Assembly (NCBI GenBank): GCA_012295275.1
Contig: CM022672.1
Location: 5,766,001-5,830,000 of the forward strand
DNA length: 64,000 nt
Source of the DNA: Chrysomallon squamiferum
Lineage: Eukaryota > Animalia > Mollusca
Direction of reading: 5' to 3'
In this document: piece after piece, positions 53,058 through 64,000 of the stretch
Position numbering within the stretch: the stretch's first letter is position 1
How the letters are laid out: each line of letters starts with the position of its first letter
The notes under the pieces: model-generated
What the model saw: the letters and a program-made list of their open reading frames with translations, nothing else
Told to the model about the DNA's origin: nothing
Databases searched by the model: none
Position numbers and translations under genes: made by a program

Positions 53058-56000
53058 TATTTTTCCTTTGATGTTTTGTAAAACATGTTTTAACCATTAT
53101 GAAGAAAGGAAAAGTATAAAAATTAATTCGACTTTTTGTAATGATTGATGTTTGTTTTATGTTGTACTGTGATTATGCTTAACATTGTTAAATGTTTCTG
53201 TAATGTTTACTCATTAATAAACCATACATCAATAACTAATCTTAGGATTTTTATTTTTTTATGATAATAATTTAATCACTTTTAAGTGGACCACGCATTT
53301 CTGCAAAAATGAGAATGTAAAAATTGTAATCTTCAGACTATATAAACATTCTGTATGAAACTGTAATTTTCACCTGGACAAAAAAGAAAGAAAGAAATAG
53401 CAACATTCAGTTTTTCAGTTACTAACAGTCATCTTTTCAATGAGTTCAAAATAAAATTAATAATTATTTTACTGAATATTTAAAATTTCATTCATCCTTT
53501 ACATTCATCTGCCACTGTACAAGGAGTCTTACATTAGATTTTTAAATTTATTTGCATACATATAGACATGTAATTTTACAGACACAGACAAGCACAAAGA
53601 ACATTTATAGATATTCACACGGAGAGATTATATTCACAATTATAAGGTGAAAATCTAATTCAATCTGAAGATACACTTTACATTAACATCTATGGCAGAA
53701 AACTAAATTAAAATGTTATTCATTTATTCATTCATAACTACAATTTAACAAGATGTGCAAATATCACAAATAAACATATCACCAAATCTTCAAACAATAA
53801 CACACACAAAACACACACTAAAAAAAAAAAAAAAAGGAAAACAATAATCTTTATTCAAATATAAAGCCATTTTATTGCTATTTTTCTAGTGTATATAGAA
53901 ATATAAAAATAATAAATAAAGATATGACAATTTCAGATCATCCAATAACAAACTGAGTCACTTCTGCAAGCAATTTCTGTCTGGCTGTAAGAAGCAGACA
54001 GAACACTGGAATTATTAACAAAAATAATCTTTTGGGGGAAATGGACAATAATCAATCATTCTGGAAGTCTTCAGTGAAGGGAGGAAGAATTTTTTTCCTC
54101 AAATCTTTATTTATATGTTCCCCTTGAGTGTGAACATAAAGCATAAAACTGTGACATTTTACATGTAACTGATGTTTAAAAAAAAGATTTGTCAGTTTTG
54201 TGAAAATTTATACACTAGAAAAAAGAAAGGAACCAAATTACAGCTTATATAATTCAAAATGACAAATAAATGACAGTAGCAATAGTAATAGTAGTTGTAG
54301 TAGCAGTAATAACTATAATAAAAATTATTAAATAATAGTAACAATAGTTACTGTATAATGATGATACTAATCAAGAATCAACATACACAATTTCACAGGC
54401 TGTTGTCAGCAGGGAGTATTTTGTAGGTTCTTACAAAGGCTTTTGATACTCCAGTTGTGAGCACTGACATTAAAGGAAATAGTACTAGTAAGGTAGCAAG
54501 GAGATTTGAACCTATATAATACTATCACTGAACTACTGCCCTTCTCCCCTGATGACATGCTATTTTACTAAAATGAATTTTATGTATCCTGACAATATCT
54601 GGGCCACTAGATCAGTTAGCTATATTTAGACAAAGTCTCTTCTCTGGAATACAGCTTCTTTTGTTCTGGATCACAAGCAATTTATTAATGACATAAGTTG
54701 TTATATAGTATGCCTATACTGTTCACAGCTTCAGGTTTTTAAAATGGTACTGTTTATTAAATTTGTTTTCAGTAGAAAGACGTAAATAAAAATGTTTATT
54801 ATGCAGGGTTAATTTATGTGAAATATTAAAACATGTGGATATTATAGAATATTACTGAATTAACAGTCACTGAGTTAAGTATTCTTTTATCTTTTTTAAA
54901 GTAATGGTTTCTTTATGATGGTTGTAGACTCAATGGAAATTGGTGACCAGTTTCTATGAAAGGTTCAGTAAGCCTCTGACAGTTACAAATGTCCCAGTTA
55001 TCTAATACCTAATTATCACTCTTTGGTAGATGTAAACAGATTTCAAATGGCTGACTGAGATATTTGCATTCTGTCTTCAGGTATAAATCTATATCACCAA
55101 ATCATTTTTTAAACATTTATATGTAGATTTAATTATGACAAACTCAGGACTTTTCATTCTAAAGATGTAGTGTAGACAAATATAGACCTGTAATTACAAC
55201 AATTTCTTCACAGTTGGAATCATTCAATACTAAGTTTAATTAGTGGAAAGAACAAGACACAGCCGTGCATTCTTATATTAAATCAATAAATGTTCTCACT
55301 CCACTGAAGACAAACAGCACAAGAATTTATCAACCAGATTTATAACATCACAAGAATTCATAAACCAAAATTCCAAGATTGGAAGACCCATCAACAGCCA
55401 CTCTAACGTGACAAGAACTTGTCAACTGACACTGTAACATGATGACAAACCATTCACCCTAAAAATTATTGTAACACAAACCAGAACCTAAAATTATATA
55501 TCTCTGTTGATCTGCCTTTAACACATTAATTTCAAAACAATATAAAACTTGTCCTTATTCTTCTTTCAACAGAGCACAGGCTGAAAAAATATACACTAAG
55601 CAGAATCTGACTAAGTTGTCTGCTAGTCCCAAACTAAAATACAATTTACACCCACCTCTGTTATCCCACCATCATGAATAACAAGATCTAAAATTAAATC
55701 CTGTAACTTTAACTTTCCACCAATATTAACCACAATCTAAAATAAAATGCACATCTACCATTCTTATCCTGTACCCCACAATCAGACATCAATCTACCAC
55801 CAATATCGGTACATACCAATATTTTAAATCTAACACTCAGCAGCCCTCAAGCCCTCACCAACATAATACTACAATCTGAAATACATGCCCACCTACTCCC
55901 ATTCCCCCACCACATATACTACAATCTAAAATCAAATGACTGGAAAATCCATCCAAGACGCTGTAGAGAAAATGAATGTGCTCCATGCACCGAGCCTGTT

Positions 56001-59000
56001 CACTTTGGCAACACCGTGAAAATTTAATTTACTACTGGATTTCTGAAATGCTGCCATTACGAGAAAGCACTTTGTTGCCAACATCACTCGTTACTGGTGG
56101 CAATAATGGTGATTTAATACCACCATGCTGTCACTGTGCACTATCAGAACAACTACTACAACAGTTATTGTGTACTGGTAGTTGAAGAAGGAAGTAAATC
56201 TTATTTTTCTCTACATATAAAACAGATCTTTTTACAACAAAATGTTTAGTAAAATTATAAGGGATGATCTTCCTTTTGAATCAGTCCTGATGTATGCCTT
56301 TATTAGAAAATAAATATATTTCAACAATATTGGTAGAATAGATAAATAACTGGTGATAAAATATCAAAAATAAAATAAGAACAGACAGAAAACAAAAAAA
56401 AATACACACACACATATACACACATATGCAGACACACTCTCAAGCTTAGAAACTCTTAAAGACAAATACAAATATATGTGCATGCAATATGAGGTTATCA
56501 ACCTACTACATGCATGTTACAATATAAAAGTCCTCAGGGTCCTCTCACAGCAGTAAGATGTGTAAGAGACACTAAGTCTCACAATGTATTAACAAGTACA
56601 TATTGATCACCTGATAATAACCATCAGACCAGTCCAAGTAATCTCCTGTCAATATTGGCCTTATTAGAAGCCAATATCATAAACATACACAGTGGTCGGG
56701 ACAGCCCTTTCCTAACTAGGTTTGTTAAATGTTGACAACATTAGTAGCTAGTATTAAAAAACACACAGTGGTTTGATTTATTAAAACAGAAGACAGATTT
56801 ACTTTACTATGAGTCATAGACAATAATTCTTTTGTTAACATAAAACAATAACACTGTCTATATGTACAGTGAACACGTCATCAAGCTGAAGAAACTAAAC
56901 CAGAATTCTCCTTATAACCATGATATACTTTACACACAACAGTTAAGATAATGAACAGATCTACACCAGACAGACCTTTCAGAAGCTGTTAATATTTTAC
57001 AACAGTGGAGCTGTAATAGAACTAATCCCATTGAGACAGTGAGATCACAGATCAGTGGTCAGATGTTAATTGTCAACAGTGTCTATTGATTAACAGATGT
57101 TCTTAGCTGCACTGTCTCTGATTACATAAACCGAACAAATATTTATCTTCTTGATAAGATAAAGTGAAAATAGTGTTTTAAGGAAATCTGCATGGATTTG
57201 ATGCTATTAAGAAAATCTACAAAAACCGTACAACCCAAATTTTTGTTTTGTAATTAAAATATTTAATTGTATAACAACTATATTACACACAGGCTTCAAG
57301 AAAGATGTGAATTACATCTTAAGCTTGAGATAAGAAAAGGGTGCCCCGACATTTTAAAACAGACAATTACAAAACAGAGATAACAGCAAATAGTGAAAAT
57401 ACTAATTAGTATTTAATAATTAAATTTGATTGTTAAACAAATATTCATTTACACTTCCCTCTTAATAAAAACTCAATATCTTAATGTTAAACTCTCAACT
57501 GATTGAATTGTGTTTTGATTATGTACTGTTTGACATTCAGTCTACTGTCTCAGACATTTTATCGTGTCTGATGGTAGTTACAGTGTTTTATCTAATTAAC
57601 TTTGTCTCTCCTTTTTTATTATTTCCTTCAGTGATTTCTCTGAGGAATTTCCTAATCAGATTGGTCCAGCCAAATCACTCGTACAGAGTGTTATAATTGG
57701 TTCTTTTTTTACAGAACCACCAATTGTAGGGTAAGTCAGAGTTTTGTTTTGTTTTAAATGTGTTGACAGTTAATCGTGTGAAAAGTTAGTTGTTAGATCT
57801 GTTCTGTTTGTCCGAATACACAGGGGAAATAAGATATTCACTGATGATTTTACACAGTTACTCTAGTAGAATAATTATATTCAAAGACAGAAAAATATAT
57901 CTGATTGGAACAGTGATTGAGCAGTCAGCCTTAAAGCTGATAAAGGAAAAAATGTTTTATATTTGACACATTTTTAATCTGCTGTCATAAAAAGACGTAA
58001 AGACTATACAGACAATGAAATGGGAAACTACTATCATCATGGAATAGCCTGCTCTTTTTCAGTCAGCTGCAGTGAATCCTAACATGAAAGTACACACCAC
58101 AGCCTTTGACAAAGCAGCTGTAGAACACTGGCTGGGATGGAAAATGAATGAACTGAGGCGCTCAGGAGGACATTTTAATATGACATTATTACTGATCTAT
58201 AGCCTGTAACTACCCAAGTTAAAATATTTAGATGTACATGCTAGTGCAACACTGCACTGTAAAGAAAACAATCTGATACATGTGAACAGAGAATGTGAAA
58301 TATTTACCTCTGAACGGATCATACACTGGTGTAAAGAAGTAAGTTCTGGTGCATGTCAATGGACATTTTGGAGCCACTGCTTGAATAATCTAAATTAAAA
58401 GTATAAACATAAAAATATATGTGGTTTATGCTAATGATATTTTAAAGTTCATAAATATCATATTTTATGTGTTAATATCAAGACTGGATTTAGTTAGCAA
58501 GAATGCACATGCACATGCACATGCAAATCATTTGAATTTTGTAACTGAATGATTCTTTTACCTGCAAATTTATACAAAAACATAAACCTCCCCTCCAAAC
58601 CCCCCAAAAAACAACAAAACAACAACAACAAAATACAAACAACTAAAATTGAAATAAAAATAGTAATTTCAAATTGAAAATATACAGAAAACAAAAGAAA
58701 AAGCCAAGACCATAAAGGGTATTACTTAAAAAATAAACATTTCAGTTCTTTAACTTATTATTTCTAAACTTGATTGGCTGCTGTCAACAAACTTTATAAA
58801 CAGTGTTGTGAACATTTTGGATACAGTAACTGATATTTCAGTTTGCATTATTCATAAATGAAATGCTGTTACATAAAAGAAATAAAGAAAAAATTATATT
58901 ACAGAATAATGGACAGTAACTAAATATCCTTTACAATGAAAGAAAAAACAAATGTGATTGAAGATCAATGAATTATTAATAAAAAATTCTATTTATCTTG

Positions 59001-62000
59001 CTTATCAATGATTATTCTGCATTCATGCATTTACACTCACTATGTTATATCTGACATGCTGCTGAGACTGAGTTAATCAGTTTATTTCTATGTATTCTTT
59101 CATGAAGCAAGATATGCATGGCAGCAAGCTAATTCAACTCAACCCTCATGTTTTTGTCTGATAAGAACAGACTTCGCAGCATCCATGTGACAACATAATA
59201 AGACACATACACATTATGCTGCTGTACGGCAGAAGACAAATATGATTTTATCTGTTGTTAAACTGTTGAAATATGTTTACATGAACTAAAACAAAAGCAT
59301 CTCTTTCTTGATTAGAACAATTCTAGAACACAAGTTTTCTGTTTGTGTTAGAGTGTTTAAGATTTAATTTCAGCAATAATATGAAGGTATTAAGCACCTA
59401 TCCAGTTAACTGTTGATAGCTGTCTGTGACCTTAGTACCAACAAATGTCAATGCCCTTGGGTGAAACAGTTTCACTAAGGCTTCAGATTTTACTTCTTGA
59501 AACAAACTGCTTTGAAGGATGCATAATTTTATGAATATTTACATATTCTAATCCAAGGATGCATCTTGATTTAATAAAATATATTTTAGAAGTGAACATA
59601 AATCGTCATAAATCTATGAACAAAAATCAATGAAGTTGAATGATACTGACCACAATATATATAAAAGCAAATATAAATATGTAATTAAAAATAATGAAAA
59701 AAAAATAAAAATAAAAATAAAAATTTACATTTAAGATTAAAAAAATATTTGGATAATAGTTATTGGGTGCACATCTTACCATGGTGTGTGAAGTTTGTCC
59801 ACCCATAACATCAGGTTTCACTTCCCCTGAAGTTTTACCAGCTGTTGTGCAAACTTTGTTAAGATTAGACCGAGTTGCCTGGGCTCCAAATAAGACAAAT
59901 GGCTGCTTGCTGAAAGAAAAGCAATTCAAGGTAATTCATTATATTACTTTTCACATCACTGTCTTCAATAAAAAGTTACAAAGAACACTCATTAGTGACT
60001 AACTTACTCTGGAATATGTCTAAGGTATTTTTTCTGATTAATTGATTACTAACATTTGTTGTCTCTATTTGATTAGTAGGCTACTATTACTACATTGTTC
60101 TACCATTGCCATTCAAACTCCTACCATGATTAGTAAAAGTCTTTCTGCTGCTAACAGCATTTTACTTAGTACTACAGTAACTTCCATCCCAAAACTAGCT
60201 ACCAGTAATACTCCAACTGCTTTAATTATTATTGATACCTGTTTTTACTACTTTATTTTGGTTACTATTCTGATATTATCAACACATTATTACCATTTGA
60301 ACGGCACATCATCATGACTACAATTATTCTAATTACTTCTACTGCTACTGCTAATACTACAGTTACTACTACAGTTACTGCTACTACTACCACCACCACC
60401 ACTACTACTACTGCCATTTTCTGATGTTGGTAAGATATTATTAATATAAATACTGGTATTACCACTGCAAAATAACAACAACAACAATAATAAAAATGAT
60501 AAATGGAAAATGTTTTATACATATATATATATATTTATATATATATAATATATATAACATTTTCCATTTATCATATTATTTACTTTTATGTCTTTGGGAA
60601 AGTACACATATGAAAATATCACCTAGCTGAGTAGTCTAGTGAGTGATAACACAGGATTCTGTCTTTATATAAAAAGTAAATTAAACAAATGTTCATTCAT
60701 ATGAACATTCATTCTACTATATTTATAGTAATGAGGCTTGACACTCCTACTATTCTGTTCCTGATAATCTATCTAGTTTAGTATATTTCTCCATTAGTAA
60801 CTACCTAGTTTATGCTGCCACATAGTTAACCTACATTTCAGCTGCCTAAACTAATTACCATCTGTAATTCCCCACATGAACCAGCCCACTTAACAACATC
60901 AGTCAAATTTTGTGTGGAATAAATAAAATAATATATTGGAAATGAACCAATAAATTTCTGATGGCACACTTATTAGTGTGAAGGACGAAAATAAAATTAA
61001 AAAAAAATTTATTTAGGTGTTAATGAAATGGACTAAATGGATGAATCAATAATTAGATATCTTTATTGTACTAAATGAGGTTCAGTTTTAGTACTAAAAC
61101 TTGATTTTTTTTAAAACTTATGCTGGGTATCTTATAGCACAAATGTCTGAAACCTTAAACCATTATAACTAAATACTTACAGCACAGAAATAGATGGTTT
61201 ACAATATATAACATATTATCTTCTAGTTTGGCAACCAGATAATATTGGCATTAATTCTCACAACAATATAACTAGATATCTTTCTGCATTAAAACTATTT
61301 TATAAGATTTCAATTTGAATTCTGTTGTTTTCTGTGTGTTCCATCATTCTAATTGATATCTTTATAAACAAATGAAAATTATAGATGTCTCAAAACCACC
61401 AGGTTTGATTTCTCTAGGCTCTAATAGACTCTGAGAATGTATCACTGTAATGGAACTTTTATATTACTTAGGCTGGATATCTTCTAACATGATCCTTCAC
61501 AAATGAAACCAGATATCTTTCAAACAATGCAAATAGTATCATCACAATACTGTTACTGGATATTTTTCAGTACTGAAATATAGTATCAACATCTGGATAC
61601 AATTTAAAACATTAAGATATATATAGTGTTCATATCTGAAACTGATTCTATGAATTTAAATATCTTACAGTACTGACTTCTATGTTCTAGAGACAATAAC
61701 ATATCTAAAATATGCACATACTTTAATGTTGGATACAAATAAATACAGTAAGTATCTTTCAAAACTAAGACTGAAAGATGCAACTAAACAAATTAATTAA
61801 TTTTTTTTTTTTCAACTGAGACCAGGAATATTGTCTTTGACTGGGTTTGTTGTGGCTAGCCACATCTCAGCTGTGATGTGTTCAATCAAATACATGAATC
61901 TGATAATGCAGGTTTAATATTTGTCTGTCAAAGTGCTTGATTAAATCTACACTGCATTACAAGACTGGACGCAAGCACAAATCTCATTTGTGTAGGTCAA

Positions 62001-62815
62001 ACACACACACAAAATGTGATCATTCCACAAAAACACTTGGCTCTCATCATCTCCTTGCTTCTAGCTACCAAACAATTTTTCTTGATTTACCATGAAATAT
62101 ATTTTTCATATATGTTATTCAATTCAGCTGTATAAATGTCAGTGACATTTAACAAAGTTAACATATAAAATATTTAATCTTGAAAATAATCATGGGAAAA
62201 CAAAACATTTATTTAATTTAGGCTTTGTAGCTGTGATCACAGACATACACATAGATGTATCCAGAAAGGACAATAGATGTATTGATACAATTTCTAGACA
62301 CATACTTGATTAAGTTTCAACACTGCACATACAGATAAATCAAAGAGCTAAATTAAGAATAAAAACAGGAAAGTTTGCTTCTGTACACTCTTATAAGTAA
62401 TGGTTTTAAACTTTAGTGGTACAAATATCATCATTTTCCATATTATTTTCTATAAAGTGTTTTTAAACCTTCAAATTAATATCAAAAGTACCATCTATTT
62501 CAACAGCAATGTTGAATGTAGTATTTAAAGAAACATAAAAACAGTCACACAGTGTTTAAGAAGCTTGTCAAATGTTATTTATGAATCTATCTGCCAAAAA
62601 CAGTTATTTTTTAACAAAGTTTCTTTTTATTGGTTTGTAAAGAGCAGTCAGTTGCCACTTGTAAAATATCAGAATTAAACAAATAATCAGATTATAAAAC
62701 CTTGCTCCTTTCTGAGAAGTTGATATAATCAAGTTGGTCAGCATTACAGAAGTTAGTTTACAGTTTGTGACATTTATCTCTTCCTCAGAGTTTTGAAAAT
62801 TATAATAGTATTTTT

Positions 62816-62846
<31 letters not shown>

Positions 62847-64000
62847 TGAATTTTTTCTTTAAAACAGAAAATGTTTTATTTTTTATTAAGATGTAATATG
62901 TCACTGTTGGTTGTATTCTGATCAACAATTCTGGCAGATAACGTCAAATTTACAGGAAAATAAAAAAAATAAAAAAGTAATAAAATAAACATATCAAAAT
63001 GTCATTTAACATAAGAAAAGATGGAGAAAGATGAAAGTGATTTTGTTTTGAAAGTTAAAAAATGAGTTATTCTGAAAAATCAAGGTCTTTATATGCCAAA
63101 TGTTTTTACTAAAATTACAGGTTGTAAAAGTTTTGAATTTTCTCTTTTATAGCTATTACAACAACAGCAGTAACAGTAATAAATAACTTTAAAAATCACA
63201 AAAAAAACAATAAAATAATAATGAAAATAAATCATTTTTGAAATTTATTTTACCTGGATTGTGCACATTCAGTTCCAGTTCTTCCATGGTTAAAGTATGT
63301 TTTCAGAGACTGAAAATAAACAATCAAAAACAGAAAAACTAACCAAAAGAAAACACTAATATGGTAAATCATTATACAAAATATGAAAACATTTGTTATT
63401 TTAAAATGTAATTGCATATCACACTAAATTAAGGAAGATTTTGAAAAGATGCATCATTCTTGACATTTCTTTGAAAATAATACTAAAACATTAAGATTTA
63501 TGTAAGACAAAGAAGATCGTTTAGTAACATGACAATCTCCAAACAGTGTTAATGTGTAGGCTTGAACAAATAATCAAAATATATTTTGAATACTTTCAGT
63601 ATGTTTTTTGTTTTCTTTTTTGTTAATGTGCATCTTTGGTGGCTTCAATAGTTTGTGAATGTCTTTGTTCAAGTTGGTCATTAATAACAAATAAAACAAT
63701 TTGTCAAAAAGACAAAACTATTTAATTACAGAACAACAGGTAACTTTTAAATTTAATGAATTCTCATATATTTTTTGTGTCTGTATGTTCTGAATGAAAA
63801 ATGAGGTGAAATTAAATAGATGTAATTAATAACTTTTCATAAAGCATACAGTTTCTACTGATGATTAATAATGTAATAAACAAGAATGCATCCATTCAAC
63901 AAAATGAAACTTGTGTGAAAATTTCTAATGATAAAAGAATGTTACTGTAAATTACCTCCAAAACAGTTTCTTCCTCTAGTGACCCTGGATGAGCTGATCT
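22134..64000 (-). CDS. DNAAF9: Dynein axonemal assembly factor 9 (C20orf194/Shulin homolog); 5' part lies beyond the right edge
   Basis: Exons: >64000-63956, 63309-63254, 59909-59780 (KQPFVLFG), 58389-58308 (CPLTCTRTYFF), one short exon not securely placed, 41047-40963, 37641-37559, 36688-36644, 34692-34535 (LGSLVFAESFL), 34006-33936, 33640-33496, 33020-32917, 32572-32426, 31193-31108, 30848-30735, 30081-29970, 29446-29357 or 29298 (LSGIPGSHK, degenerate P-loop), 28809-28666, 28087-28011, 27585-27537, 26941-26860, 26435-26347, 25461-25375, 24941-24838, 24473-24399, 24014-23836 (WLRTCAKQ), 23421-23356, 22833-22740 (HLETLPAGWFYSGTHFV), 22237-22134 (stop). These motifs match vertebrate C20orf194 as I recall it (QPFVLFG, CSRTYFF, HLEPLPAGYFYNGTQFV). 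Confidence 0.9.
30362..30530. repeat. Dispersed ~170-bp repeat, second copy at ~34211-34390
   Basis: Both copies share aaaattaaaagatttatttgaaa...ttttctacatg..actt.aattacaag.agtgg...ttgaaaa...aattatttatct...aatttataag. Confidence 0.75.
32061..32400. repeat. 67-bp minisatellite, 5 copies, in a DNAAF9 intron next to the donor at 32425
   Basis: Unit aaaagtaaaatatgttttcataatagaaca(t/c)actgaacacaggatagttttaaaga(t/c)ctgagtagtg starts at 32061, 32127, 32194, 32261 and 32328. Confidence 0.95.
43314..43570 (+). mobile_element. Decayed tRNA-derived SINE-like element
   Basis: tRNA-like head (tagctcgatgtt ... gaattgatcc) followed by core caaccagtg...aaaggccatggtatg...tgtctg...aaaagatcc and an A-rich tail. 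The same core appears in reverse orientation elsewhere in the window. Confidence 0.55.
45895..46135 (-). mobile_element. Decayed SINE-like copy (same family as 43314)
   Basis: Plus-strand text gcaagggttc...agacagga...catatatcacagcctctg...ctggcaggaataggaaatagccc is the reverse-orientation core. Confidence 0.5.
46400..47092 (+). promoter_or_regulatory. Candidate promoter and first non-coding exon of the nested GPCR
   Basis: Locally retained CpGs. Plus-strand donor GAG|GTAAAA at 47092, candidate non-coding exon 48270-48367 (tttcag|...TAG|gtaatc), and a strong acceptor at 50255 upstream of the GPCR ATG. Confidence 0.4.
51052..52113 (+). CDS. Class A (rhodopsin-like) 7TM receptor, FMRFamide/sex-peptide-receptor-like invertebrate group; intronless CDS, 353 aa
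   Basis: Seven hydrophobic segments; MSFERA at the end of TM3; LPRFWEY after TM4; LP in TM5; YxxxNKQFR helix 8; C-terminal CCCCC; N-glycosylation sequons NAT, NQS and NQT. AATAAA at 53216. Confidence 0.93.
   Translation: MRLPHFELYPQNYFPFLIPPLKQCLTPHPLCDNGLEPANATAYWMEITDYFSFLALPVILIFAFVTEIISVIVLSKQMRMSLDTYLLGLSLATILLILCTVTLGLQHYIGYQEFLVYVQGYIISCRDWFWYTTIWLMVMMSFERALTVSSSRQNTLCSSAQAGVVVVMVFCVGLVSALPRFWEYMATEVVNQSTNQTVLLTMKTESTTTPEYNMMYFWYVKTITLFLPYLMMLGISITLSCKTRRSTMTRRYMAVKHTSGLTLNRKIKEEIALSKLLILLIVVYVIFTTPFCMLDLLSYVLPQWISSSTRIFASLHNLFSVFFFLHNAFHLIVYFCYNKQFRLTLLSLCCCCC
57945..58215 (-). mobile_element. Decayed SINE-like copy; further partial copies at ~2845-3010, 31480-31780 and 40575-40840
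   Basis: cacaccacagcctttgacaaagcagctgtagaacactggctgggatggaaaat is shared, degenerately, with the other copies. Confidence 0.5.

Noticed and set aside
55270-55940. Weak ~30-50 bp periodicity (acaagaatt; acaatctaaaat)
   Set aside because: Looks like decayed minisatellite, with no ORF or conserved repeat-spacer structure.
61200-61770. Recurrent (A/G)GATATCTT-like motifs
   Set aside because: Irregular spacing and high divergence; most simply an old degenerate tandem repeat.

Overview
Very AT-rich eukaryotic (metazoan) genomic DNA full of microsatellites. Gene content and repeat style suggest a mollusc, probably a gastropod (inference only). Four protein-coding genes were reconstructed by hand from splice sites and reading-frame continuity. 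(1) Minus strand, 10220 to beyond the left edge: an N-terminal SAM-domain, acidic, Tyr-motif/Pro-rich adaptor resembling SLP-76/BLNK. (2) Plus strand, 12978-18398, divergent from (1): a ~916-aa secreted protein with a homogeneous 20-aa repeat containing Gly-Arg-Arg, an Asn/Asp/His/Leu decapeptide repeat, and a C-terminal Pif/BMSP-type laminin-G domain. This is the most novel-looking element. (3) Minus strand, beyond the right edge to 22134: DNAAF9/C20orf194, with 28 exons located, a GC-AG intron and one frame anomaly. (4) Plus strand, 51052-52113: an intronless class A peptide-receptor-like GPCR with several atypical microswitch residues, nested antisense inside DNAAF9. The remainder is introns with decayed SINE/MITE copies, minisatellites and microsatellites. 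No CRISPR, rRNA or tRNA gene was recognised. Most short ORFs in the track are microsatellite artefacts.
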